Below, one piece after another: positions 26,815 through 37,179 of a stretch of DNA of 64,000 nt. Source of the DNA: Thermodesulfobacteriota bacterium (GTDB taxonomy: Bacteria; Desulfobacterota_D; UBA1144; Nemesobacterales; Nemesobacteraceae); assembly GCA_965220925.1 (NCBI GenBank), contig OZ244851.1, positions 658,854-722,853 on the forward strand, in the 5' to 3' direction. A program made the translations under genes and the position numbers. Numbering within the stretch: position 1 is the stretch's first letter; each line of letters starts with the position of its first letter. The notes under the pieces were generated by a model. The model was not told where the DNA came from and did no database searches. It was given only the letters and a program-made list of their open reading frames with translations.

Positions 26815-28178
26815 AGATACTCAGAAAACATTTCCTTTATCTACTTCTTGCGGCCGCCGTCGCGGCGGCGATTACGGTTTGGCTTCCTCTTGGAAGCGGA
26901 ATGACCGCTTATATAGCTTACGTGCTCTTATTTTCCGGATTTGGATTTATTCTGTCCTGGATTATAGAAAGAAATATTCTCAAAGATTTTTCAAGAATTT
27001 CGAAGGCCTTGGACCTGCTTCCGGAAAAGCAGAAAAAAGCCAGAAAAACCGGGATGAAGGTAAGCGACTTCGACACCGGAGTGTCAATCTCCATAAGCAA
27101 TCTCTCCGAAAGAATCTCCCTTCAGATGAAGTCTGCGGAAAGAGAGGGAAATCAGATGAAAAGCATAGTCGCTTCCATGAGAGAGGGATTGATAGTCTTA
27201 TCGAGGGAAGAAAAGCTGCTGCTTATAAACTCCGCCGCCAAGAAAATGTTCGGAATCGACGAGGCGGCGATTAATCGCTCCTACATGGAAACCGTCAGGA
27301 ACACGGACTTTCAGAAACTAATCTCCCAAACGCAGAGAAAGAAAAAATCGACCACCAAGGAAATATCCGTGCTGTATCCCGAGGAAAAATCGTATCTTGT
27401 AAACGTACGCGCAAGCGCCCGCTACAGGGAAATCGTGGCGGTTATTTCCGATATTACCGAATTCAAAAGACTTGAGCGCATTAAAGCGGATTTCGTGGCT
27501 AACGTGTCTCATGAACTTAGAACCCCTCTCACGTCCATAAAAGGCTACATCGAGACGCTCAGAGACAAAAGTTACGATACAGAGGAGGAAAAAAGGGATT
27601 TTCTCGAAATAATAGAGGAAAACACGGACAGGCTGATAGCTATCGCTTCTGACCTGCTCGTACTCTCCGAACTCGAAAACTCGGCGACGGTTCCACGAAA
27701 CTCGAGAAAGGGGTATGAAGAAATCGATATTGACGACACTATAATGCGCGCGGTTGACTCCGTAAACTCTCTTTTTTCCGAAAAAAGAATTAATCTTTCC
27801 CTTAAAATAGAAGAGGATTTACCCCCTCTGGTAGCGAACAAGTTTCTCATCGAACGAATGCTTATCAATCTGGTTGAAAATTCCGCCAAATACACCCCTC
27901 CCGAAGGTTCCGTGTCCGTCGGCGCCTCAAGAAGCAACGGGTCGCTTCGAATAGAAGTTAAGGATGACGGAATAGGAATTCCCGCCGAACACCAGGAAAG
28001 AATATTCGAAAGGTTTTACAGAGTGGACAAAAATCGTTCAAGGGAAATAGGGGGAACGGGGCTGGGTTTAAGCATAGTAAAACATATAGTGATAGATCAC
28101 GGCGGAAATATTTCCGTAAAAAGCTCGGAAGGAGAGGGAAGCACGTTCTCGGTGGAACTTCCGTATCGAGATCTCTAA
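26811..28178 (+). CDS. phoR: phosphate regulon sensor histidine kinase
   Basis: Transmembrane anchor, PAS-like region, HisKA H-box (ANVSHELRTPLTSIKGY) and HATPase_c (GGTGLGLSIVKHIV). The TTG start overlaps the phoB stop. Confidence 0.9.
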   Translation: MKILRKHFLYLLLAAAVAAAITVWLPLGSGMTAYIAYVLLFSGFGFILSWIIERNILKDFSRISKALDLLPEKQKKARKTGMKVSDFDTGVSISISNLSERISLQMKSAEREGNQMKSIVASMREGLIVLSREEKLLLINSAAKKMFGIDEAAINRSYMETVRNTDFQKLISQTQRKKKSTTKEISVLYPEEKSYLVNVRASARYREIVAVISDITEFKRLERIKADFVANVSHELRTPLTSIKGYIETLRDKSYDTEEEKRDFLEIIEENTDRLIAIASDLLVLSELENSATVPRNSRKGYEEIDIDDTIMRAVDSVNSLFSEKRINLSLKIEEDLPPLVANKFLIERMLINLVENSAKYTPPEGSVSVGASRSNGSLRIEVKDDGIGIPAEHQERIFERFYRVDKNRSREIGGTGLGLSIVKHIVIDHGGNISVKSSEGEGSTFSVELPYRDL

Positions 28179-28230
28179 AGGCGGATATTTTTTCGCTACC
28201 GCGCCGACTGTCTTTTATTCCGCGAACCGG

Positions 28231-28896
28231 TCAATTGATTTCCGAAGTGTGCTGGTGTTTCAGTACTTCTCCGGTGGCTATGTAGTAGGCGCTTTCGGCT
28301 ATGTTGGTGGCAAGATCCGCCACTCTTTCAAGGTGTCTTGCGACATAAATGTATCGGAGCGCGCGGTTAAGCGCCGAGGGATCCGACATCATGAAAGTTA
28401 TTAATTCTCTTACTATTTTAGGCTCGTAGTTATCGACTTCGTCATCTTTCCGACAGACCGCGACGGCAAGTTCCGCGTCTCCTCTTATGAAAGCGTCCAG
28501 GCTTTCTCTAAGCATTTCCGCCGTTTTTTCCGCCATTTTCGGTATATCCGCAAGCGGTCCTATCGGCGGATAATCCGACATGAAAATAGCCATTCTCGAT
28601 ATGCTCGACGCGTGATCGCCTATCCTCTCAAGATCGTTGTTCACCTTTATTATCATTATCACAGTTCGAAGATCTTTAGCTTCGGGATTATACAAAGCCA
28701 GTATCTTGACGCAGAGATTATCGATCTCGATCTCCATGTCGTTTACCTGCTGGTCGGTCTGAATCACTTCCTGGGCCAGAATCATATTGCCTTCCCGAAG
28801 CGCCTTTATACTCTTTGTGATCCGGCTTTCCACAAGGGAAGCCATCTCAAGTAATTTTTTGTTAAGAAACTCTAATTCCTCTTCATATTTTATCAT
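28231..28896 (-). CDS. phoU: phosphate transport system regulator PhoU
   Basis: 221 aa with two PhoU repeats. Has the conserved D-x-x-E-x-x-x-D metal-binding helix motifs (NNDLERIGDH; LERVADL). Confidence 0.9.
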   Translation of the reverse strand: MIKYEEELEFLNKKLLEMASLVESRITKSIKALREGNMILAQEVIQTDQQVNDMEIEIDNLCVKILALYNPEAKDLRTVIMIIKVNNDLERIGDHASSISRMAIFMSDYPPIGPLADIPKMAEKTAEMLRESLDAFIRGDAELAVAVCRKDDEVDNYEPKIVRELITFMMSDPSALNRALRYIYVARHLERVADLATNIAESAYYIATGEVLKHQHTSEIN

Positions 28897-28928
28897 TGAT
28901 CGATTCCCCGAATCGACGCGCTCGTCTT

Positions 28929-29810
28929 TTAACCGAATTTACCCGAAACGTAGTCCTCGGTATGTTTTTTCGAAGGATTAAGAAATATATTCTCCGTGGT
29001 ATCAAATTCCACTATGTCCCCCATGTACATAAACGCGGTGTAGTCGGAAACCCTGGCGGCCTGCTGCATGTTATGAGTAACTATAATTATGGTGAACTTG
29101 CTTTTCAGTTCCGTTATAAGATCTTCTATTTTAGCCGTCGCTATCGGATCAAGCGCCGAGCACGGTTCGTCCATTAAAAGCACGTCGGGTTCGACCGCTA
29201 TCGCTCTCGCTATACAGAGTCTTTGCTGCTGACCTCCGGATAGTCCCATGGCGCTTTCGTTTAACCTGTCGTTCACCTCTTCCCAGAGAGCGGACCTTTT
29301 CAGGTTTTTCTCAACCAATTCGTCAAGAACCGATTTTTTATTGACGCCGGCTATTCTCGCCCCGTAAGCGACATTTTCATAGATTGACTTGGGAAACGGG
29401 TTTGATTTCTGAAAAACTATACCGACTTTTTTCCTAAGATCGGTTATATCGACATCAATGTCGAATATGCTTTTCCCGTTAATCGTTATTTCTCCCTCGA
29501 TCCTGCACTCGTCCACAAGATCGTTCAGACGGTTAAAGCAGCGCAGAAGCGTGGATTTGCCGCACCCCGAAGGACCGATAAAAGCCGTAACTTTCTTTCT
29601 TGGGATATCGATGGTTATATCGCGAAGAGCCTGGTTGGTTCCGTAGAAAACACTTACTCCTTCAACCTTTAAAAGAGGGTCCGAAAACTGTTTGACATTC
29701 TTCTCCGAACGGACCGCCGAATGACTCGGGGAACTGCCGTTTGTCTCAGTAACTTTAAACTCTTGTTTGCTCATCGCTTCTTCGGACATCGTCGATGTTT
29801 TTTCCTCCAA
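28929..29810 (-). CDS. pstB: phosphate ABC transporter ATP-binding protein
   Basis: Walker [13 protein letters not shown] signature LSGGQQQRL, Walker [12 protein letters not shown]. The ~35-aa N-terminal extension suggests the true start may be an internal Met. Confidence 0.9.
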   Translation of the reverse strand: MEEKTSTMSEEAMSKQEFKVTETNGSSPSHSAVRSEKNVKQFSDPLLKVEGVSVFYGTNQALRDITIDIPRKKVTAFIGPSGCGKSTLLRCFNRLNDLVDECRIEGEITINGKSIFDIDVDITDLRKKVGIVFQKSNPFPKSIYENVAYGARIAGVNKKSVLDELVEKNLKRSALWEEVNDRLNESAMGLSGGQQQRLCIARAIAVEPDVLLMDEPCSALDPIATAKIEDLITELKSKFTIIIVTHNMQQAARVSDYTAFMYMGDIVEFDTTENIFLNPSKKHTEDYVSGKFG

Positions 29811-29838
29811 TTTCTATAACACCGCTAATATACTATAA

Positions 29839-31458
29839 CTATACCGCGGAAGTCGCATATTTTTTCCTTAATCTGTTTCTTATTATTATCGCCGTTATGT
29901 TAAGAATAACCACTATAAGTATCAGCAAAAACGCCGTCATGAATACCATGGGTTTGGCGGCTTCGGCGTTTGGGGACTGAAAACCGAGATCATATATGTG
30001 AAAACCGAGATGCATGAACTTTCTTTCCAGGTGAAGGAAAGGAAACTGTCCGTCTATCGGAAGATCCGGAGCCAGTTTAACGACTCCGGTTATCATAAGC
30101 GGAGCGACTTCTCCGGTGGCTCGGGCGATTGCGAGAATAAGGCCGGTAAGTATGGCCGGAAGAGCGCTTGGAACTACCACCTTCCAGGTAGTTTCAAACT
30201 TAGTCGCTCCGAGCGCCAAAGATCCCTCCCTTATGTTTTTCGGCACCGAGGCGAGCCCTTCCTCGGTCGCGACTATTACCACCGGCACGGTTAAAAGAGC
30301 GAGGGTAAGCGATGCCCACAGTATTCCTCCGGTTCCGAAAGTAGGATTCGGAAGAGCCTCCTTGAAGAACACCGCGTCAATTATGCCCCCAACTCCGTAG
30401 AGGAAAAATCCGACGCCGAAAACACCGAACACAATCGAAGGAACCCCCGCGAGATTATTGACGCATATTCTGACTATCCTCACCATTAGTCCCTGGCGGG
30501 CGTACTCTCGAAGATAAAGCGCCGCGAGGACGCCGAAGGGCATAACCACAACGCTCATTATAAGAACCATGAGCACCGTGCCGAAAATAGCGGGGAATAT
30601 GCCTCCCTCGGTGTTCGCCTCTCTCGGATCATCCGACACGAATCCCCAAAAGCGCTTCAGGTAGAAACCGACTTTTTCAATCACTCCCATATCGTTAGGT
30701 CTGAAGGCCATCACAACCTTCCCAAGCGACATTATCTTTTCGCCCCCTTCTGGAGTGAGCATCACCACTTCGTTTCTGTTAAGTTCGCCGTAGAGTTTTT
30801 GAAGCTCCGCCTCGCTTACCTTGTAGCGAGCTTCGTATTGCTCTATTTTGCCGAGAGCTTCGGCCTTCTTTTCGGGACTGTCCTCGCCTCTCATCGCAAA
30901 ACCTTTGAGTTTTAGACGTTGCTTTTCTATGCCGTAGTTTATATCCCCGATTTCTCCTTTTTCGATCTTAAGTATCCGTGAGTGTATACGGTTCGCGTCG
31001 TCTATAAGATCTTTAAACACGGAGAAAGCCTCGGGGGAATCTCCGGAAAGCACAATCCCTTCTTTTCTTATCTCTTTTAAGTAGCCGTGATAATTGCCCC
31101 ACTCCCTTCTCTCAAGAATTACCGCGTTTGCGGGATAATCGATTTTCGCTATTTGCGCCTCGTCAATCCACTTGAAGTCAAGACCGTAAATATCCCTGTT
31201 GCCTATCTTTAGTTTCACGCGAAAATCCGAACCTCTAACCCCTTCCCTGCTAAGCACGGACTCTCTGTTGCTAAGCTGCCCCAGATAGGTTGAACCGTCT
31301 TTTAGCGTGTAGCGCCCGATATCGGCGGGCCACATGGAACTCAAACCCTTTACGGCTATCAGATAAAGAAGCCCCCCTATCATCGCAAGCGTGATCATCA
31401 AAGCCAAGCCCGAAATCCACACGTAGGCGTCGCCTGTTCTCCAAAGTTCCTTAGGCAT
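29839..31458 (-). CDS. pstA: phosphate ABC transporter permease PstA (long form with periplasmic insertion)
   Basis: The C-terminal half carries the ABC-permease EAA-like segment (LALGATKFETTWKVVVPSALPAILTGLILAIARATGEVAPL). There is a ~250-aa N-terminal, periplasmic-looking extension. Confidence 0.85.
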   Translation of the reverse strand: MPKELWRTGDAYVWISGLALMITLAMIGGLLYLIAVKGLSSMWPADIGRYTLKDGSTYLGQLSNRESVLSREGVRGSDFRVKLKIGNRDIYGLDFKWIDEAQIAKIDYPANAVILERREWGNYHGYLKEIRKEGIVLSGDSPEAFSVFKDLIDDANRIHSRILKIEKGEIGDINYGIEKQRLKLKGFAMRGEDSPEKKAEALGKIEQYEARYKVSEAELQKLYGELNRNEVVMLTPEGGEKIMSLGKVVMAFRPNDMGVIEKVGFYLKRFWGFVSDDPREANTEGGIFPAIFGTVLMVLIMSVVVMPFGVLAALYLREYARQGLMVRIVRICVNNLAGVPSIVFGVFGVGFFLYGVGGIIDAVFFKEALPNPTFGTGGILWASLTLALLTVPVVIVATEEGLASVPKNIREGSLALGATKFETTWKVVVPSALPAILTGLILAIARATGEVAPLMITGVVKLAPDLPIDGQFPFLHLERKFMHLGFHIYDLGFQSPNAEAAKPMVFMTAFLLILIVVILNITAIIIRNRLRKKYATSAV

Positions 31459-33745
31459 CGGATTGCGAATACTTCCTTCTAAGTCTCTGACGCAGGATTT
31501 CCGCCAGGGTATTTAAGAAAAACGTCGCGAGGAAAAGCAAGATCGCCGCGAGGAAAAGCACTCTGTAAAGAGTTCCTCCGTGTGGAGCCTCGGGAAGTTC
31601 GACGGCTATATTGGCGGAGAGCGCGCGAAATCCGTTAAAGAAGCTCCAGTCCATAATAGGAGTGTTTCCCGTCGCCATAAGAACTATCATGGTCTCTCCC
31701 ACCGCCCGTCCGAAACCTATCATAACCGCGGAAAATATCCCGGCGCTTGCCGACGGCAGAACTATTCTGGTCGCCGTCTGCCATCTGTTGGCTCCAAGAG
31801 CCAGAGAACCGGCACTTAGAATTCTAGGTACGCTTGAAAGCGCGTCTTCGGAAATCGTGAAAATAATGGGAATTACGGTAAACCCCATAGCGAATCCGAC
31901 CACCAGCATGTTTCTCTGATCGTAGCGAAGATCGAAAAGCCTGAAAAACCAGTCTTTAAAGTCTCCCGAGAAAACAAGCCTCTCAAGCGGAGCGTTAAGC
32001 CAGAGGGAAAGCACAACCGCGAGCAGCACTACGCCCACGATGGTGAAAAGTTCGGCTCCGACCCTGAATCTTCCCGAAAAAGAGAGCGGAAGACGGTGCC
32101 AGAGAAAAAGCGCGAGAAGCGTAAGTGCGACAACCATAAACGGCATTATCAGAGTCGCGACGAAAATCTTCTCAAGCAACGGAGCAAGCCACAAGCCCGC
32201 GAGAAATCCGAGTACGACGCTTGGAAGCGCGGCCATTACTTCTATTACCGGCTTCACCAAGTTTCTTATTGAGGGATGAACGAACTGAGAAACGCATATC
32301 GCCGCCAGAATAGCCAGCGGAATCGAGAGCAGCATAGCGTATATGGCGCCTTTTAAAGTTCCGTAGGCAAGAGGAGTAAGCGAGAACTTGGGTTCAAATT
32401 CGTCCGTTCCCCCGGTAGACTGCCAGACATGCCGGGGCTCGTCGTAACCTTCATACCATATTTTTCCGAAAAGGGTGCGGAAACTGGTTTCGGGGTGCGG
32501 ATTCGAAAGCTTGTAGTTTGAAAGCGTCATCTCCGAATCAAGCGCCACGACTCCGTCCGCTTTGGGAGAAAAGGTAAGACCCCGATAGGGTTTTCCGCGG
32601 CCCGGGAAATCAAGCTGTTTCACGGTTGAAGTCGCGTGGTAGAGAGAGATATTTCCCGAACTGTCGGAGGCTATGAAACCGCGACCTCTTTGCGACGCGG
32701 AAAAACGCTCAACCGAGTTTGGAAGAGGAGGCAGAGTGTGTACTTTCGTAAGCTTGCTTCCTCCATGATCGTTTGCGGTTTCAAACCATACGCTCACATT
32801 TCCGGACGCGTCGCCAAGGATTAGGGAACGATGGCCGAGAAGAAAACTTATTTCGGTAACCGGCGTCGAGGAATCTTTCGTAGCGTCGAGAACGGATTTA
32901 AGTTCGGGAGAGGAAAAATCGGAAAGCGACCAATGGTAAAGCTTCCCGTTTTGCGTGGAGACGTATAGATTTTCCGCAGCATTGTCAATCTGTATTCCCG
33001 TAACCCGCGCACCTCCAAGCTGTTGAGTAATATCGGTAAGGAACGTTTCGACCTCCGCCTCCCCCATAAAGCTTTCTTCCTCTACTTCGGCGTAGACCAG
33101 CAGACGCCGCGAAGCCGTATAAGCCGCCGCCACTTTAGCCTCGGCTTCCGGGGAACGCTGAAAAGCGAAAACGTCTATGGGTTCCCGCGCCACCCGAACC
33201 GCTTCTTCTTCAATCACTCTCGACACTATAGTTCTTTGCGTGCCTTGTCGAAATTCGACTTTGAATCTCACCTCGAAGGGTTTTATGCGGCCTTCCCGAT
33301 CGCCAATCGCGTAACCGGTATTGCTTTTCATATTGTAAAAGGAGGTATAGCCGGAGGTTTCGTGATTAAGAGCGTGGGTTTTTAGAAGCTTCGGTTCTTG
33401 TTCGAGAGTAAAAAATCGTATGGAGCCCGAAGAGTCAACGATAAAAATTTGCTCCCGGTATTCGTCCACGCCAATATCGAAAACACGGAACTGCCCGGTC
33501 CGAGTTTCCGAAACCGAGTGACTTTCAATCTCGGAGAGGCTTTCAAGCTTTTTCTCCGCGCCTTTCCAAAGAGGAACGGTTTCGATGCCTATGAAAAAAA
33601 GTATTCCTATTATGCAGAAAATTATTCCCACGCCACCGACAAAAACCACATTTCTCGCTATTTTGTCGTAGAACTTTCTTCTGCGTATTTGCTTTTGTTT
33701 GGAAGTTTCGGTTCCGACGAGTTCGTCCAGACTATTGTTCGACAA
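31451..33745 (-). CDS. pstC: phosphate ABC transporter permease PstC (long form with ~450-aa N-terminal domain)
   Basis: The C-terminal 300 aa are typical PstC (VLPSASAGIFSAVMIGFGRAVGETMIVLMATGN). The N-terminal domain behind one transmembrane helix has WD/propeller-like repeats (SGNVSVW, SGNISLY, NGKLYHW). Overlaps pstA by 8 nt. Confidence 0.85.
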   Translation of the reverse strand: MSNNSLDELVGTETSKQKQIRRRKFYDKIARNVVFVGGVGIIFCIIGILFFIGIETVPLWKGAEKKLESLSEIESHSVSETRTGQFRVFDIGVDEYREQIFIVDSSGSIRFFTLEQEPKLLKTHALNHETSGYTSFYNMKSNTGYAIGDREGRIKPFEVRFKVEFRQGTQRTIVSRVIEEEAVRVAREPIDVFAFQRSPEAEAKVAAAYTASRRLLVYAEVEEESFMGEAEVETFLTDITQQLGGARVTGIQIDNAAENLYVSTQNGKLYHWSLSDFSSPELKSVLDATKDSSTPVTEISFLLGHRSLILGDASGNVSVWFETANDHGGSKLTKVHTLPPLPNSVERFSASQRGRGFIASDSSGNISLYHATSTVKQLDFPGRGKPYRGLTFSPKADGVVALDSEMTLSNYKLSNPHPETSFRTLFGKIWYEGYDEPRHVWQSTGGTDEFEPKFSLTPLAYGTLKGAIYAMLLSIPLAILAAICVSQFVHPSIRNLVKPVIEVMAALPSVVLGFLAGLWLAPLLEKIFVATLIMPFMVVALTLLALFLWHRLPLSFSGRFRVGAELFTIVGVVLLAVVLSLWLNAPLERLVFSGDFKDWFFRLFDLRYDQRNMLVVGFAMGFTVIPIIFTISEDALSSVPRILSAGSLALGANRWQTATRIVLPSASAGIFSAVMIGFGRAVGETMIVLMATGNTPIMDWSFFNGFRALSANIAVELPEAPHGGTLYRVLFLAAILLFLATFFLNTLAEILRQRLRRKYSQSDA

Positions 33746-33906
33746 TGAAGTTACCTTAACTTAAAAGACAAGCTTATTAGCTAAACTATAAAAATATTTA
33801 AAGAAACCGACAGAGGAATAACAACCGCGGATGCCGCGCCACATGGAAAACATCCGGTCAAGACGTTTGCGATTCGGCAACTCCGAATCCGCAAGCGAAA
33901 AGACAC

Positions 33907-34902
33907 TTAGTTGGCACCCACAAGCGCTCTTAATTCCTCGACTTTACCGGCGGTTAAAGGAAGATAGCCGTCTTTTACCACTATCTCCTGTCCCTGCCTG
34001 CTCAAAATGTATTTCAGGAATTCCAAACGAAGCGGATCAAGCGCCTCGTTAGGTTTTTTGTTCACATAGAGATACAAGTACCTTCCGAGCGGATATTTTT
34101 TACTCACGATATTATCAAGACTGGGCCCGAAACACCCCTTCTCGACGGTCTTGGCAAGGTCAATCGCCTTTACTCCGGATGTTTTATAACCAATACCGCT
34201 GTAGCCGATACCTTGCAGATCTTCGGTAACTCCCTGCACAACCGCGGAAGATCCCGGCTGCTCTTTTACCGTGTCTTTGTAGTCGCCTTTGCAAAGCGCC
34301 TTCTTCTTGAAATATCCATAAGTTCCGGACGCGGAATTTCTTCCATAGACGCTTATGGGCTTATTCGACCAATTGCCTCCTACTCCCGCGGCTCCCCAAA
34401 CAGAAATATCGGAAGAGCCGCCGCATTTTCTGTTTTTGGAGAAAATGGCGTCAATCTGTTTTATGGAGAGACAATCAACCGGATTGTCTTTGTTTACGTA
34501 TACCGCGAGAGCGTCGATCGCCACAGGAACCGCGGTAGGCTTGTAGCCGGCTACTTTCTCAAAAGCGTCAACTTCCTTTGATTTCATCATGCGTGACATA
34601 GGTCCGAACTGCGAGGTTCCCTCTATAAGCGCCGGAGGGGCGGTACTTGAGCCCTTGCCCTCTATTTGACACTTCACGTTCGGGTAGAATTTGGCGAATC
34701 CCTCACACCAAAACGTCATAAGATTGTTCATGGTGTCAGAACCCACGCTGTTTATATTCCCGGAAACACCCGTCACCTTCGTGTAGAAAGGTATGGCGCT
34801 GTGAACGGTGACCGTCTGCGCATGCGCGCTATTTAGTCCGAAAGTAAGAGCGGAAACAATCGCAAACAACATAAAACCCGACTTAACGCTCAAATTCTTC
34901 AT
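33907..34902 (-). CDS. pstS: phosphate ABC transporter substrate-binding protein
   Basis: Signal peptide plus a PBP fold, with the phosphate-binding loop region SGSDTMNNL...GKGSSTAPPAL...GTSQFG. First gene of the pstSCAB-phoU operon. Confidence 0.85.
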   Translation of the reverse strand: MKNLSVKSGFMLFAIVSALTFGLNSAHAQTVTVHSAIPFYTKVTGVSGNINSVGSDTMNNLMTFWCEGFAKFYPNVKCQIEGKGSSTAPPALIEGTSQFGPMSRMMKSKEVDAFEKVAGYKPTAVPVAIDALAVYVNKDNPVDCLSIKQIDAIFSKNRKCGGSSDISVWGAAGVGGNWSNKPISVYGRNSASGTYGYFKKKALCKGDYKDTVKEQPGSSAVVQGVTEDLQGIGYSGIGYKTSGVKAIDLAKTVEKGCFGPSLDNIVSKKYPLGRYLYLYVNKKPNEALDPLRLEFLKYILSRQGQEIVVKDGYLPLTAGKVEELRALVGAN

Positions 34903-34969
34903 TATGACAATCCTCCTTGAAGCTTTTGGAAAACCAAAATCAACTCGGACTAAATTAAACCCTTGGAAA

Positions 34970-34986
34970 GTTAAGCGAATGTTAAG
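34970..34986 (-). promoter_or_regulatory. candidate Pho box upstream of pstS: direct repeat CTTAAC-N5-CTTAAC (gene orientation)
   Basis: The repeats are followed after 10 nt by TTTAAT (-10-like), then a ~50-nt leader with the Shine-Dalgarno AAGGAGGA. The repeat unit and geometry match the oprP upstream array. Confidence 0.4.
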
Positions 34987-35051
34987 AGAGAATTAAAAAA
35001 GAATAAATAAACAGAAGCGGGTTCTAGGAATATAAAAGATGGCGGGTAGCG

Positions 35052-35885
35052 TTAACGGAGCCGAAGCTGCTTATCGGCAATAAGAATAGTGTTTTGAGGA
35101 GCCTTGGAACTTCTCTCGTAGTATTCCATTGCCTCGGGCATCCATTTTCGAAGATTTTCCACTCTGGTTTTGTATCCGGGGTGAGTGGAGAGAAACTCCG
35201 GAGGAGATAATCCACCGCTTGATTCCATCCTTCGCCAGAAGGAAATCGCCTGGCGAGGATCATATCCGGCCTTGGCCATATAGACAAGACCTATTCTGTC
35301 GGCTTCCGATTCCTGCTTCCTGTTAAACGGAAGTGCAAGGGCGAGGGAACTTCCTATTCCGTAAGCCTGCAAAACCCTGCCGACCACCCTGGGGTCTTTA
35401 TCTCTCATCCCTATCGCGATGGCCGCCGCCCCTATTTCCAGAAGAATCCCGAAGCTCATTCTTTCTCCACCGTGCCGAGCGGTGCTGTGAGCAACTTCGT
35501 GAGCCAAAACGGTGGCAAGCCCCGCGTCCGTCTCGGCAACGGGCATCATTCCGGTATAGACGCCGATTTTGCCACCGGGCAAAGCGAAAGCGTTTATCTG
35601 CTTATCGTCATCAAAGACGGTGTATTGCCAGTTGAGATTCCGGGTGTTCGTAACCGCGGCTATACGACTGCCCACTCTGGTTACGGCTCGCGCGTATTCT
35701 TTGTTACCGGATATCTTTTCATTCTGGAGCACATTGAGATAAGCGCTTGCGCCGAGCCGTCTTTCAAACGCCTCCGAGAAGACGATAAACTGCGTCCTGT
35801 TCGTTATCGGCACCTTATAGCACGCCGCCACGAAAACAGCCAAAAGAAACAGGCACGCGGAAAAAAGAATCTTCCGGTTAAACAT
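35052..35885 (-). CDS. M48-family zinc metallopeptidase, lipoprotein (YcaL/LoiP/BepA-like)
   Basis: Lipobox LLAVFVAAC and HEXXH zinc site HEVAHSTARH, with a downstream glutamate. Length 277 aa. Confidence 0.8.
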   Translation of the reverse strand: MFNRKILFSACLFLLAVFVAACYKVPITNRTQFIVFSEAFERRLGASAYLNVLQNEKISGNKEYARAVTRVGSRIAAVTNTRNLNWQYTVFDDDKQINAFALPGGKIGVYTGMMPVAETDAGLATVLAHEVAHSTARHGGERMSFGILLEIGAAAIAIGMRDKDPRVVGRVLQAYGIGSSLALALPFNRKQESEADRIGLVYMAKAGYDPRQAISFWRRMESSGGLSPPEFLSTHPGYKTRVENLRKWMPEAMEYYERSSKAPQNTILIADKQLRLR

Positions 35886-35972
35886 CTCTATGTAAAATAC
35901 TCCAAATCCCCGGACTTAAAAGCCGATTTCACCCGTTTTCTAAAAAAATCCGAACTCCCTCGCCACAAACTA

Positions 35973-37142
35973 TCAAGACAGATCCGCTTCTTTCATTCTT
36001 CTCATACCCTCGTCTATATCCTCGTCGGAGCAGGCGTAGGTAACGCGAACGTATCCTTCCCCCTGGCTTCCGAAAGCCGTGCCGGCAACGACGGCCACAG
36101 CCGCGCGCTCGACCAGACGATCGGTGAACTGCTGAGAGGTGAGTCCCGTGCCGGATATATCCGCGAACGCGTAAAACGCCCCGTCGGGAGTATCGCAAGT
36201 TATGCCATCGATTTCATTTAATCCCGCGACCATCCTGTCTCGCTTCTGCTCAAGTAAAACAAGCTTGTTGTCGACCCAATCCTGAGGCCCGGTAATTGCG
36301 GCATGCGCGGCTTTTTGTATGAACGCCGCGACATTGGTGATCGAGTCCTGAAGAAATATCGAGAGCTTTTCCGTCACAGGTTTCGGAGCGACGGTCCACC
36401 CTATTCTCCATCCGGTCATAGCCCACGTTTTTGAGAACGTGTCTATGCATATCACCCTGTCTCTTATGCTCTCTATGGAAGATATTGAGAGGTGGGGTTT
36501 TCCGAAAGTAACCTGAGAAAATATCTCGTCCGAGATAACCATTACCTGAGGATGACGCTCAAGCATGGCGGCTATCTCTTCGGGATTTTCCACCAAATGG
36601 CCGTTAGGCCTTTGGGGAGTATTTATGATAACTAGCTTGGTTCTCGGAGTGATAAGCTCTTCAAGCTTTTCCACGTCAAACTGCCAGTCGGGACTGGTAA
36701 GCGGAGTATGCTTGATTACCGCGTTTGCGTATTTGGCCCAAACCTCGTCAGGCGGGTACCCGGGATTAGGAAATATCACTTCGTCGCCGTCTTCAAGAAA
36801 AGTAAGAAGATTCATCGTAAGCGAGTGCTTCGCTCCGGCAGTGACTATCACCTCGTCGGGTTCGGTAGGTCTGCCTCTCTCGAGCATCTTCTCGGCTATG
36901 GCTTCTCGAAGTTCCGGAAGTCCGGGCCCGGGATCGTACCTTACGTAACCGTCTCTAAGCGCCTTTTCCGTAGCGTCGAGAACATGCTCCGGAGTATCGA
37001 AATCGGCTCCCTGATAATCACCTTTTTCAAAATGAATGATTTTCTTCCCCGTTTTCTTTTCTAGATCCCGCGCGACCCTCATACTGGCCCACTGTTTGGG
37101 TTGAACGAAATGCTTGGTACGCGAACTGTATCCGTATGACAT
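35973..37142 (-). CDS. PLP-dependent aminotransferase, class I/II (aspartate/aromatic aminotransferase-like)
   Basis: PLP-lysine motif FSKTWAMTGWRIGW and NPGYP...NTPQRPNGH. Length 389 aa. Confidence 0.85.
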   Translation of the reverse strand: MSYGYSSRTKHFVQPKQWASMRVARDLEKKTGKKIIHFEKGDYQGADFDTPEHVLDATEKALRDGYVRYDPGPGLPELREAIAEKMLERGRPTEPDEVIVTAGAKHSLTMNLLTFLEDGDEVIFPNPGYPPDEVWAKYANAVIKHTPLTSPDWQFDVEKLEELITPRTKLVIINTPQRPNGHLVENPEEIAAMLERHPQVMVISDEIFSQVTFGKPHLSISSIESIRDRVICIDTFSKTWAMTGWRIGWTVAPKPVTEKLSIFLQDSITNVAAFIQKAAHAAITGPQDWVDNKLVLLEQKRDRMVAGLNEIDGITCDTPDGAFYAFADISGTGLTSQQFTDRLVERAAVAVVAGTAFGSQGEGYVRVTYACSDEDIDEGMRRMKEADLS

Positions 37143-37179
37143 AATTCACATCCTCCTTAAAATATATTTCGAAATAAAT

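Noticed and set aside
35472-36221. 249-aa plus-strand ORF spanning the peptidase / aminotransferase junction
   Set aside because: It is antisense to two well-supported minus-strand genes, crosses their intergenic region and is Arg-rich with no recognisable domain.
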